A DNA stretch of 64,000 nt from an uncultured bacterium (GTDB lineage Bacteria; Planctomycetota; UBA1135; GCA-002686595), in contig CALSNU010000004.1 of the NCBI GenBank assembly GCA_943787795.1, forward strand, positions 512,001 through 576,000, read 5' to 3'. The notes beneath the pieces were generated by a model. It searched no databases and had not been told where the DNA came from. It saw only the letters and a list, made by a program, of their open reading frames with translations. A program made the position numbers and the translations under genes. How positions within the stretch are numbered: position 1 is the stretch's first letter; each line of letters opens with the position of its first letter. Positions 1-9,007 of the stretch are shown piece after piece.

Positions 1-398
1 GAGGCCGGGTCAGGGAAGCGCGTCACCTGGGCCAACATGTGCACGGCGACGGCGGTCGCCAGTGAATCGGACCAGTACTGCTGGAAGTCGAAGTCCTTGG
101 CCGCCCCGCGACGGTTGTCAGCGATGAGCGAGAATCCAAGGGCGACGGATCGCACCGCCCGCACGCCCAGACGCATGGTGGCCTGCGCCACCGTGTGCAC
201 CGCCGGCAGCCCGTCTCGATTCGCCGAGTTGGCGATCTTGATGATCCGGCCCGACAGGGCAGGGTCCGCGAGCATGGTCTTGATCAGCTCGTCGTAGGCG
301 AAGTCCTCCTTCGACGTCAGCGTCAGGATCTTCAAGCCGGCCGCCGAGGGTGACGGCAGGTTACCCGTCAGCCGGAGCTCGTTGAACTGGGGATGCAT
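1..398 (-). CDS. HDOD domain-containing signalling protein (5' part; runs off the window start)
   Basis: Manual translation from ATG 398: MHPQFNELRLTGNLPSPSAAGLKILTLTSKEDF...DPALSGRIIKIANS...QATMRLGVRAVRSVALGFSL...YWSDSLATA. This is an HDOD pattern and resembles the N-terminus of the adjacent 425..2479 protein. Not in the ORF track. Confidence 0.85.
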   Translation of the reverse strand, partial: MHPQFNELRLTGNLPSPSAAGLKILTLTSKEDFAYDELIKTMLADPALSGRIIKIANSANRDGLPAVHTVAQATMRLGVRAVRSVALGFSLIADNRRGAAKDFDFQQYWSDSLATAVAVHMLAQVTRFPDPA

Positions 399-424
399 GA
401 TGGGAGCGGGGGGCGCGGCCGCCC

Positions 425-2479
425 TCAGGCGGACAGGCGGCGCTTATGCGGCTCATCGGCACATGAGGAACTTTCCCTAGCCCCGCGAACCTGATTCCGG
501 CCGAGATTCTTCGCCTGATACACCGCGTCGTCCGCGGCCTTCATCATCTCGGACACGCCGGTGAAGCCCTGATCAAAGGCCGCCACACCGAGGCTGACCG
601 TCACGCTGCCCCGATAGCCGTCGGCCTCGACGATGTTCTCCTCAACGACGATCCTGACGCGCTCGGCGAGGACTCGAGCCTCCTCCAGCACGGCCCCACG
701 GGCGATGATGAGGAACTCCTCGCCACCAAGCCGCGCGACCTGGTCTTCGCCCCGGAGCGTGCTGCTCATGACCTGAGCCGTGGACTTGAGGACCCGGTCA
801 CCCACGTCATGGCCGTGGGTGTCATTGACCGCCTTGAAGTGGTCGATGTCGACCATCACCACGGCGAACTGGGTGCCACGTCGATTGGCAGACTTCCACT
901 CGGACTCGACCCGCTCCATAGCATGCCTGCGATTCGGCACCTCGGTGAGCAGGTCCGTCAGCGAGAGCATCTTCAGCCTGCGGTTGAAGTTGTTCTTGTC
1001 CGCGAGCTGCCGGAGGATGGTGCGGCGGTCCTCCTCGATACGCCGCTGGAGTCCCACGATTCGCATCCCTGCCCGAAGCCGAGCCAGGAGGAAGTTCGCG
1101 TCGAACGGCTTCTGGATGAAGTCATCGACGCCGGACTCAAAGGCGGTCACGAGGAGGTCCTCGGCTCGCGCACCGGTCAGGAGCACGATGTACATGGAGG
1201 ACCCGCGCTTGGACCGACGCAGCGCCCGAGTCAGCTCGAGGCCGCTCATCTCAGGCATCTCTTGGTCGGCGACAATGATGTCCGGACCCTCGCGCATGGA
1301 GATCCGCATCGCCTCCGAACCGTTCTTGGCGAAGGTGACGTCGAAGCCCTGCTTGCGTAGCGTGGCGACCAGCAGACGGAGCGCGACAGGGTCGTCATCC
1401 ACGGCGAGGACCTTGATCCTCTCGGACCCCAGCCCCCGCGCGTCCTCGACGGCGTCCGTGGTCGTGACGATCGTGTCTGCCACCACCGACTCGCACCTGA
1501 TCGCGCCGCCGGTCTGCAGCTCGACCTCTTTCTTGAAGGCCTCGCGTCCCCGAGCGATCGCTTCCCTGATGCTGCTGAAGCTCACGTCGCAGGTGGAGAT
1601 GTCGAGCCGCTCGCCCCACCGGCTCCACTCGCCCGAGATCTGCCCGAGCAGCCGATCGAGGTCGGCGTCGGAGTATTCGAGGACCTGCTGGAGCATCTCG
1701 ATCTGCTCCCCCACCTCGTTGATCCTGCGCGGCGGTGTCGTCGCGGTGAAGAGCATGGCGGACGAGATGGCGTCCGCGAAGCGGAGCAGATCCGACAGAG
1801 AGTCGAGCTCTGCCGCTTCCTTACTGGAGAGCCTATCGAGGTTGAAGCTCTCGACGGCGGACGCGAACGACTCCGGGAGGCCCCAATCCAGCATCATGCA
1901 GTAGCAGATGGTGGCGTGATCGATGTCGAAGGTCGCATTCTCGGCCGCGAGAACGACGCTCATAGGCTGCCCGCGCGTCTCGAGGAGCACCTTCGCGTAG
2001 GGCTCACTGTGCACCGTCGCCAGCGCGAGCACCCCCACCTCGGCGAGCAGGCCCGCGACATACCCCTCCTCGGAGGAGACGCCGGGGACGTGCTGCGCGA
2101 GCGACTTGGCGGCGACCGCGCGGGCGAGCGAACCCGACCAGTAGAGCGGGTAGTTGAAGGCCTTGCATGACCCATCATCCCGCTCGGAGATGACCGAGAA
2201 GGCCAGCGCCAGGTTTCGGACGGTCGTCGCGCCGAGGCGCATGATGGCCGCTGAGACCGTGGTGATCGGCTCCTGGCCCGCCCGGTCGGCCGAGTTGGCG
2301 AGCTCCAGGATCCTGCCGGTGAGGGAGGAGTCCGACATGATCGCCTGCCCCATGTCATCCGCGCTGAACTCGTCGGTGCGCGTGATCTCGAGGATCTTGA
2401 TTCCCACTCCCGCCGGCGAGGGGAGGGTGCCAGAGCTCTTGAGCTCTTCAAACTCGACGGGGATCGCGCGCTTCTGCAT
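425..2479 (-). CDS. HDOD-REC-GGDEF response-regulator diguanylate cyclase
   Basis: N-terminal HDOD (LPSP...LTGRILELANSA...AIMRLG); REC domain (VDDD...VADQEMP...LLTG...QKPF); C-terminal DIDHFKAVNDTHGHDVGD and RGED-x5-GGEEF, so both the active site and the RxxD I-site are present. Confidence 0.92.
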   Translation of the reverse strand: MQKRAIPVEFEELKSSGTLPSPAGVGIKILEITRTDEFSADDMGQAIMSDSSLTGRILELANSADRAGQEPITTVSAAIMRLGATTVRNLALAFSVISERDDGSCKAFNYPLYWSGSLARAVAAKSLAQHVPGVSSEEGYVAGLLAEVGVLALATVHSEPYAKVLLETRGQPMSVVLAAENATFDIDHATICYCMMLDWGLPESFASAVESFNLDRLSSKEAAELDSLSDLLRFADAISSAMLFTATTPPRRINEVGEQIEMLQQVLEYSDADLDRLLGQISGEWSRWGERLDISTCDVSFSSIREAIARGREAFKKEVELQTGGAIRCESVVADTIVTTTDAVEDARGLGSERIKVLAVDDDPVALRLLVATLRKQGFDVTFAKNGSEAMRISMREGPDIIVADQEMPEMSGLELTRALRRSKRGSSMYIVLLTGARAEDLLVTAFESGVDDFIQKPFDANFLLARLRAGMRIVGLQRRIEEDRRTILRQLADKNNFNRRLKMLSLTDLLTEVPNRRHAMERVESEWKSANRRGTQFAVVMVDIDHFKAVNDTHGHDVGDRVLKSTAQVMSSTLRGEDQVARLGGEEFLIIARGAVLEEARVLAERVRIVVEENIVEADGYRGSVTVSLGVAAFDQGFTGVSEMMKAADDAVYQAKNLGRNQVRGARESSSCADEPHKRRLSA

Positions 2480-2500
2480 GGAATCAAGCCCTGAGCTGAA

Positions 2501-2944
2501 TCAGATGGCACCAAGGACGGCCTTGAGGGCCACCTGGACCTCCGCGTACATGGCCACCGCCCGGCGACCCGTCAAGATGAGGTCTTCGCTCTGCTCGCTG
2601 GACCGGCAGTGACTCTCCAGCTCCGCGCAGCAGCGCGAGAACTCGACGGCCCCGACGTGCGCGCTCGATGACTTGAGCGCGTGCGCAGCCTGGAGGACCC
2701 GGTCCTTCTCGAGCCCCTCCAACCCGGCGTGCATCTCATTCACACGAGTCAGAGCCTCGGCGAGGAAGAGCTCGACGATCTCCGAGAGAAACTCGGCGTC
2801 TCCTCCACCTAGCTCTCGGAGGACATCGAGCGCCTTAGCGTCGAGGATCTCGCCGCCACCGTTCTCCGGGCTGTGGTTGTGGGCGGCAGGCCCACCAGAA
2901 TCTCCGCTGGTGTTCATGGTCGTGGGTCTCACAAATGGAGTCAT
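2501..2944 (-). CDS. Hpt (histidine phosphotransfer) domain protein
   Basis: AAHALKSSSAHVGA...CAELE Hpt motif. The start may be the downstream ATG at 2917. Confidence 0.88.
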   Translation of the reverse strand: MTPFVRPTTMNTSGDSGGPAAHNHSPENGGGEILDAKALDVLRELGGGDAEFLSEIVELFLAEALTRVNEMHAGLEGLEKDRVLQAAHALKSSSAHVGAVEFSRCCAELESHCRSSEQSEDLILTGRRAVAMYAEVQVALKAVLGAI

Positions 2945-3037
2945 CGACCCGGCGCGCCGGTTCCCTTTTGCCTCCGGCGCAGAAAGCCAACCGGATCATT
3001 CCTCCGGAAGATTTTTCCGACCGTGAGGGCCGCGACG

Positions 3038-3730
3038 TCACTGACCTGGGGTCAGGGGGCCAGCGCTGCCAAAAGCCGACGTGAGGGCCTCCTTGAAGCG
3101 CTCCATGAGCCGCCCTGGCTCGGCGCTCCCGTCCCCCACATGGTCTGCGACCCGGGTCATCACGTCACCGCGCAGTCCACAGGGCGAGAAGCTCCTGTAG
3201 GCGTCGAGATCGGTGGTCACGTTGACGGCGAGGCCGTGCCAGGTCACCCACCCTCTGACCGCAACGCCGATGGAGCAGACCTTCTGCGGTCCGATCCAGA
3301 CCCCCGTGAACCCCTCTTCACGACGGCCCTCGACCCCGACAGCGGCGAGCGATCTAATCACGATGCCCTCGAGCCAGCGGAGGTAGGCGTGCAGGTCCCG
3401 TTGCCCCTCCACCATCTTGAAGATCGGGTACGCGACTAGCTGGCCCGGGCCGTGGAAGGTCGCCTCACCGCCGCGCTCGATGGTCACCACGGGAAAGGGG
3501 ACCCCAGCCGTATCTCCCTCCGCGGACCGCCGGCCCCGTGTGACGACGGCGTCGTGCTCCACGAGCAGGAGCAGGTCCCCGACCTCCTCCCTCAGCCGCG
3601 CCTGCAGCAGGTCCTGCTGCAGGCGATAGGTCTCCTCGAAACCGCGACGGCCCAGGTCGCGCACCTCGAAGGAGGGCCCGGAGGTGCTCTTGACCTCAGC
3701 CGGTTCGGGGCGGTCGTCGCTCGAGGTCAC
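3038..3730 (-). CDS. lipB: Lipoyl(octanoyl) transferase
   Basis: LLVEHDAVVTRGR, ERGGEATFHGPGQLVAYP, KVCSIG, HGLAVNV and SPCG motifs. Confidence 0.95.
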   Translation of the reverse strand: MTSSDDRPEPAEVKSTSGPSFEVRDLGRRGFEETYRLQQDLLQARLREEVGDLLLLVEHDAVVTRGRRSAEGDTAGVPFPVVTIERGGEATFHGPGQLVAYPIFKMVEGQRDLHAYLRWLEGIVIRSLAAVGVEGRREEGFTGVWIGPQKVCSIGVAVRGWVTWHGLAVNVTTDLDAYRSFSPCGLRGDVMTRVADHVGDGSAEPGRLMERFKEALTSAFGSAGPLTPGQ

Positions 3731-5139
3731 TTCTTCTTCGGCTTCTGATAGATGTGGACCGCCGTCCCGTGGACCGCCTCGGCGGCCTCCATCATCGACT
3801 CAGGGAGGGTGGGGTGGGCGTGAATCGTCCGCGAGATGTCCTCGACGGTCGCGCCCATCTCGATGGCAAGAGCCGCCTCAGCGATGAGCTCGGTGACCTC
3901 GGGGCCGACCATGTGGACTCCGAGGACCTCGTCCGTATCCGCGTCGCTGATGATCTTGACGAAGCCGTCCGTCTCCTGGAGCGTCATGGCGCGGCCGGAG
4001 GCGGCGAACGGGAACTGGCCCGTGCGGTAGTTGAGGCCCTTCTCCTTGCACTGGTCCTCGGTCAGGCCGACCGAGGACATCTCCGGCGAGGTGAAGATGA
4101 CGGCGGGCACGCAGCGTGCGTCGTACTCCTCGTCCTTACCCGCGATGACCGCGGCCGCGACGAGGCCCTCGTGGGACCCCTTGTGGGCCAGCATCGGTTG
4201 GCCGGCGATATCGCCCACCGCATATATGTTCGGGACGCTCGTGCGCATCTGCTTGGAGACCTCCAGGAAGCCCTGCTTGGTCACCGTGAGCCCGACGCTC
4301 TCGAGCCCCAGCCCCTCGCTGTACGGCCGGCGGCCGACAGTGGACAGGATCTGGTCGCACTCGATCGTCTGCTCGCCCTTCTTGCCCTTGTAGGTGACGA
4401 CCTTCTTGCCGCCCTTGTCCGCCCAGCCCTGGGCGAAGGCCTCGGTGACGAGCTTGATGCCCATCTTCTTGAGCGAGCGCTCGATGACCTTGACGCAGTC
4501 GCGCTCCTGGCCCGGGAGGGCGCCAGGCGTCCCCTCGAGCACGGTGACCTCGGAGCCCAGCTTGCGGTACATCATCCCAAGCTCGAGGCCGATGTAGCCG
4601 CCGCCGATCACGAGCAGGTGCCCCGGGATCTCCTCAGGGGTGAGCGCTCCCGTGGAGGACCAGACGTTGTCCTCATCACAGGTGAAGCCGGGGATGTTGA
4701 TGGGCTCGGACCCCGTGGCGATGACGATGTCATCGCACTTGAGGGTCTGGTCGCCGTCGCCGCCGGTCACCTGGACCGTGTTCTTGTCGACGATCTTGGC
4801 GGTCCCCATGATCACCTTCGACCCGTAGTTCTTCAGCAGGCCGTGGACGCCGCCCGTGAGCTTGCCGACGATCCCGGTCTTCCACTCGACGAGCTTGTTC
4901 ACGTCGAGGTCGACGCCCTGGGTGGTGATCCCCATGACCTGGGCGTGCTTGATCTTGTCCAGCAGCGTGCCGGCGGCGATGAGCGCCTTGGAGGGGATAC
5001 AGCCGACGTTGAGGCAGGTCCCGCCCCAGTACTGCTTCTCGACGACGGTCACGTCCTGGCCGAGCTGAGCGAGACGGATACCGCAGACATAACCGGCCGG
5101 GCCGGCGCCGATGACGACGACTTTGCGCTTGGGAGCCAT
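3727..5139 (-). CDS. lpdA: Dihydrolipoamide dehydrogenase (E3)
   Basis: GAGPAG FAD site, GGTCLNVGCIPSK redox disulfide, GGGYIGLE, C-terminal HAHPTLPE. Confidence 0.97.
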   Translation of the reverse strand: MAPKRKVVVIGAGPAGYVCGIRLAQLGQDVTVVEKQYWGGTCLNVGCIPSKALIAAGTLLDKIKHAQVMGITTQGVDLDVNKLVEWKTGIVGKLTGGVHGLLKNYGSKVIMGTAKIVDKNTVQVTGGDGDQTLKCDDIVIATGSEPINIPGFTCDEDNVWSSTGALTPEEIPGHLLVIGGGYIGLELGMMYRKLGSEVTVLEGTPGALPGQERDCVKVIERSLKKMGIKLVTEAFAQGWADKGGKKVVTYKGKKGEQTIECDQILSTVGRRPYSEGLGLESVGLTVTKQGFLEVSKQMRTSVPNIYAVGDIAGQPMLAHKGSHEGLVAAAVIAGKDEEYDARCVPAVIFTSPEMSSVGLTEDQCKEKGLNYRTGQFPFAASGRAMTLQETDGFVKIISDADTDEVLGVHMVGPEVTELIAEAALAIEMGATVEDISRTIHAHPTLPESMMEAAEAVHGTAVHIYQKPKKK

Positions 5140-5148
5140 AGCTTGAAA

Positions 5149-6258
5149 TCAGAGGGGGAAGGCGCCGTCGCCGGGCTGGGCGTGGCCCAGCTTCTCCGCG
5201 ACAGCGATGAACTCGTTGTACTCGCGCCGGAGGTGATAGGGCACCTCGGCGTAGACGTCTTCGACCAGGGTCTTGAGCGCCATGGGCGGCGCCGCCTCCT
5301 GTTCGTGAATCACAGCGTCGATCTTGGCGAGCAGCTGCGTCTCGAGGTCGGCGCGCTCTCCCTCGGCGACGACGCCCCGCTCCATGAGGTAGCGCTCGTA
5401 GCGTGCGATCGGGTCGCGCTTGGCCCAGGCCTCGACCTCCTCGTCGGCCCGGTACTTGGTCGGGTCGTCCGAGCTGGAGTGCCCCAGCATCCGGTAGGTC
5501 TTCAACACAAGCATCGTCGGACCCTCACCGCGCCGCGCCCGCTCGACCGCCTCCGCCATCGCGCTGTGGCAGGCGAGGACGTCGTTGCCGTCGACCTCGA
5601 TGCCCGGGAACCCATACGCCGGCGCCTTCGCCGCGAAGGAGCTGGCGGCGGTCTGTGCAGAGGAGGCCACGGAGATCGCCCAACCGTTGTCCGTGCAGAC
5701 GAACACCGCCGGGACCTTCCAGACGCCCGCGAAGTTCAGCCCGCTATGGAAGCCGTTGGAGCTGGTGGCCCCGTCACCGAAGTGGATGGCGTGGACGGTG
5801 TCCTCACCGCGCCGCATCGAGGCGTAGGCCGCCCCCACCCCGTGGGTGATCTGAGTGCCAATGACGCTCGACCAGCTCGGGTAGTTGGTGCCCTTGTGCT
5901 GGAAGTGGTTGCACATCTGGCGCCCCTTCGCGGTGTCGTTCGCGTTGCAGTACATCTGCGCCACGTACTCCGAGAGCGGCAGGCCCCGCATCACGGCGGC
6001 GCCTCCCTCTCTCAGGCCCGACCAGAGCCAGTCCTCCTGCCGGAGCGGCGCCGCGGCGCCCACAAGGGTCGCCTCGAGGCCCGTCGCGGTCCCCACGAAG
6101 CCGATCCGGCCCGCGCGCTGGAGCTTGAGCATGCGCCCATCCATGCACCGGATCTGGAGCATGTGCAGGAACAGCGCCCGGAGCTCCGCATCGGAGAGGC
6201 CGGGAGGCTCACCGACGACGGAGCCGTCGGGCGCGAGGATCTGGAGCGCGGAGGACAA
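5149..6258 (-). CDS. TPP-dependent 2-oxoacid dehydrogenase E1 alpha subunit, second copy (branched-chain type)
   Basis: LQRAGRIGF, KGRQMCNH, TPP motif FGDGATS...NGWAIS, GHSSSDDP loop. The ORF-track start (6378) overlaps E2; in-frame TTG 6258 is a more plausible start. Confidence 0.9.
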   Translation of the reverse strand: MSSALQILAPDGSVVGEPPGLSDAELRALFLHMLQIRCMDGRMLKLQRAGRIGFVGTATGLEATLVGAAAPLRQEDWLWSGLREGGAAVMRGLPLSEYVAQMYCNANDTAKGRQMCNHFQHKGTNYPSWSSVIGTQITHGVGAAYASMRRGEDTVHAIHFGDGATSSNGFHSGLNFAGVWKVPAVFVCTDNGWAISVASSAQTAASSFAAKAPAYGFPGIEVDGNDVLACHSAMAEAVERARRGEGPTMLVLKTYRMLGHSSSDDPTKYRADEEVEAWAKRDPIARYERYLMERGVVAEGERADLETQLLAKIDAVIHEQEAAPPMALKTLVEDVYAEVPYHLRREYNEFIAVAEKLGHAQPGDGAFPL

Positions 6259-6278
6259 CGTGGAGATCGAGGACAGGC

Positions 6279-7919
6279 TCAGAGGCTCAGCAGGCCGGGA
6301 TCCTCGAGCAGCACCCGCATCCAGGCGAGGAAGCGGGCCGCGTCGGCGCCGTCCGCGAGGCGGTGGTCCACGCTGCACGACAGGTTCATGTAGTGGCGGA
6401 CCGCAATCTCGTCACCGTTCGGGGTCTCGACGACGCCCGGGCGCTTGACGATGCGGTGGACACCGAGGATCGCGATGTCGGGGAAGTTGATCACGGGCGT
6501 CGCGAGCGTGCCGCCGATGTTGCCGGCGTTGGTGATCGTGAAGGTCGATCCCCGGAGTTCATCCGGCTTGACTTTTCCGTCCCGGGTGCGCTGCGCGAGG
6601 TCCGCGAGCTCCGCGGCCAGGTGCAGCATGCCCTTCGCCTCGACGTTCCGGATGACCGGAACCACGAGCCCGTTGTCCGTGTCGGTCGCAACGCCGATGT
6701 TGACCTCGTTCGGCATGACGATCTCCTCGGCGGCCTCGTCCAGGTGACCGTTCAGCGACCGGAAGCGGGTCAGCCCGTTGGCCACGGCCTTCATGATGAA
6801 GGGCATGTAGGTGACGTTGACGCCGTGCTGCTTGCCGACGGCCTTCGCCTTCGAACGCGCTGCCACGAGCTCCGTCACGTCGATCTCCTCTACCACCGTG
6901 AAGTGCGCTGCCGTGTGCTTGGAGCGCGTCATCGCCTCGCCGATCTTCCGGCGGATCCCGCGGTACGGGGTCTTCTGGACCTCGTGGAGCGTGGGGATCG
7001 GGGAGAGCGCCGCAGAGCTCGCCGCGGGGGCGGGAGCCGGGGGCGCTGCCACCGGGGCCGGCGGGGCTGCGACCGCGGGGGAGGCCGCGGCCGGGGCGGC
7101 GGGGCTGGCGGCACCCGACTTGGCGAAGGCCTCCACGTCAGCGCGGCGCACGACGCCGCCGCGGCCAGAGCCGCTGACCTGGGTGAGGTCAACGCCGAGC
7201 TCACGCGCGACGCGGCGGGCGCTGGGCACGGCGAGGACCTTGCCGTCGGCGGTGCTCACGCGGGCCGGCTGGGCTGCGCCAGGGCTCGCAGGCGCTGCAG
7301 CGGCGGCCGGGGCCGCTGCGGCGGGAGCCGCCGCCGGCGCGGCGGCGCCGGCTCCGGTGACAAGGTGGAAGATGACACTCCCCACCGGCACGGTCGCGCC
7401 CTCATCCACGAGGCGACTGGAGATGGTCCCCGCGGCCGGGGCGGGCACCTCGACCGTGGCCTTGTCCGTCATCACCTCGACCACGGGCTGGTGCTCCTCG
7501 ACGGAGGCGCCCTCCTCGACGAGCCACTGGACGATTTCGCCCTCGGCGATGCCCTCCCCGATGTCGGGGAGCTTGAATTCGATGGTCTGACCACCGCCGC
7601 CGGTCGCCGCCGCAGGTGCAGCGGCCCCAGCTGAAGCCGAAGCCGCAGCTGGGGCCTCGGCAGAGGCTGCGGCCGGGGCTGCGGCGCCGTCCTCGAGGTG
7701 GAAGATCACGTTGCCGACGGGCACCGTGTCTCCCTCGCCTGCGAGGTGCTTGGTCACGGTGCCTGCGGCCGGAGCGGGCACCTCAACGGTGGCCTTGTCC
7801 GTCATCACCTCGACGACGGGCTGGTGCTCCTCAACGACGGTGCCCTCGGCAACCAGCCACTGGACAATTTCGCCCTCAGCGATGCCTTCGCCGATATCGG
7901 GCAGCTTGAACTCGATCAT
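6279..7919 (-). CDS. Dihydrolipoamide acyltransferase (E2) with two lipoyl domains
   Basis: Two near-identical lipoyl domains (EVMTDKATVEVP), Ala/Pro linkers, E3-binding domain (AVPSARRVARELGVDL...GSGRGG), catalytic DHRLADG. Confidence 0.96.
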   Translation of the reverse strand: MIEFKLPDIGEGIAEGEIVQWLVAEGTVVEEHQPVVEVMTDKATVEVPAPAAGTVTKHLAGEGDTVPVGNVIFHLEDGAAAPAAASAEAPAAASASAGAAAPAAATGGGGQTIEFKLPDIGEGIAEGEIVQWLVEEGASVEEHQPVVEVMTDKATVEVPAPAAGTISSRLVDEGATVPVGSVIFHLVTGAGAAAPAAAPAAAAPAAAAAPASPGAAQPARVSTADGKVLAVPSARRVARELGVDLTQVSGSGRGGVVRRADVEAFAKSGAASPAAPAAASPAVAAPPAPVAAPPAPAPAASSAALSPIPTLHEVQKTPYRGIRRKIGEAMTRSKHTAAHFTVVEEIDVTELVAARSKAKAVGKQHGVNVTYMPFIMKAVANGLTRFRSLNGHLDEAAEEIVMPNEVNIGVATDTDNGLVVPVIRNVEAKGMLHLAAELADLAQRTRDGKVKPDELRGSTFTITNAGNIGGTLATPVINFPDIAILGVHRIVKRPGVVETPNGDEIAVRHYMNLSCSVDHRLADGADAARFLAWMRVLLEDPGLLSL

Positions 7920-7966
7920 TGGATTGGGGGGGGAAGCGCGGTGTGTCTGGTGGTCGAGGCGAGAGC

Positions 7967-8944
7967 TCAGAAGTCGTAGACCGACTCGATGGCGTCGAGG
8001 ACGCGGCGGTCGTCAGGAAGGTAGTGGTGCTCGAGGGTGTTCGGGAACGGGGTGTCGAACCCGGTGACGCGGCGAACCGGCGCCTCCATGTACTCGATGC
8101 AATGCTCGGCGATCAGCGCGCTGATCTCTGCGCCGTACCCGCAGAAACGAGGCGCCTCGTGGACAACGACGACCCGGCCGGTCTGCTTGGCGGCCTCGAG
8201 GACGCCCTCCTCATCCAGCGGCATCAGCGTCCGGAGGTCGACGACGAGGCAGTCGATGCCCCGCTGCTCGGCGGCCTGGGCCGCGGCGCGCTCCACCACC
8301 GGGACCATCGCCCCGTAGCAGTAGATCGTCACGTCGCCACCCTGGCGGACGGTCCGCAGGGTCGAGAGGTCCACCGTGTACTCACCCTCGGGGACCTCAC
8401 CCTTCACGGAGCGATACAGGGCCTTGGGCTCCATGAAGAGCACGGGGTCGGGATCCTGGATCGACGCGATCAAGAGGCCCTTGGCGTCGTGGGGCGTGGA
8501 GGGGATCACCACCTTCAGGCCGGCCGTGTGGGCGAAGTACGCCTCTCCCGACTGGCTGTGGTACAGCCCGCCACGGATCCCGCCGCCGTAGGGCGTCCGG
8601 ATCACCATGGGCGCGGTGTACTGGCCGCCGGAGCGATAGCGGAGCTTGGCCGCCTCGCTCACGATCTGATCAAAGGCAGGGAAGATGAAGTCCTGGAACT
8701 GGATCTCCGCCACGGGGCGCAGGCCGTTCATGGCCATCCCGATCGCCGTTCCGATGATCCCGTCCTCGGAGAGCGGGGTGTCAAAGCAGCGGCTCTCGCC
8801 GAAGTCGGTCGTGAGGCCCTCGGTCGCAAGGAAGACGCCGCCCTTGGGGCCGACGTCCTCGCCGAAGACGACGACCGAGTCGTCCGCCTTCATGACGGTG
8901 CGGAGACCGTCGTTGACCGCTTGAATGAGTGTGAGATTCGCCAT
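7967..8944 (-). CDS. 2-oxoacid dehydrogenase E1 beta subunit
   Basis: GEDVG..GGVF, DTPLSE, AEIQFQDF, GGLYHSQSGE, DLRTL.PLD. Confidence 0.96.
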   Translation of the reverse strand: MANLTLIQAVNDGLRTVMKADDSVVVFGEDVGPKGGVFLATEGLTTDFGESRCFDTPLSEDGIIGTAIGMAMNGLRPVAEIQFQDFIFPAFDQIVSEAAKLRYRSGGQYTAPMVIRTPYGGGIRGGLYHSQSGEAYFAHTAGLKVVIPSTPHDAKGLLIASIQDPDPVLFMEPKALYRSVKGEVPEGEYTVDLSTLRTVRQGGDVTIYCYGAMVPVVERAAAQAAEQRGIDCLVVDLRTLMPLDEEGVLEAAKQTGRVVVVHEAPRFCGYGAEISALIAEHCIEYMEAPVRRVTGFDTPFPNTLEHHYLPDDRRVLDAIESVYDF

Positions 8945-9007
8945 GTCGAATGGGTGCAGGCGCGCGTGAGGCCCGTAGGGGGGATCAGAGCGGAGACAGT
9001 GCGGGGA

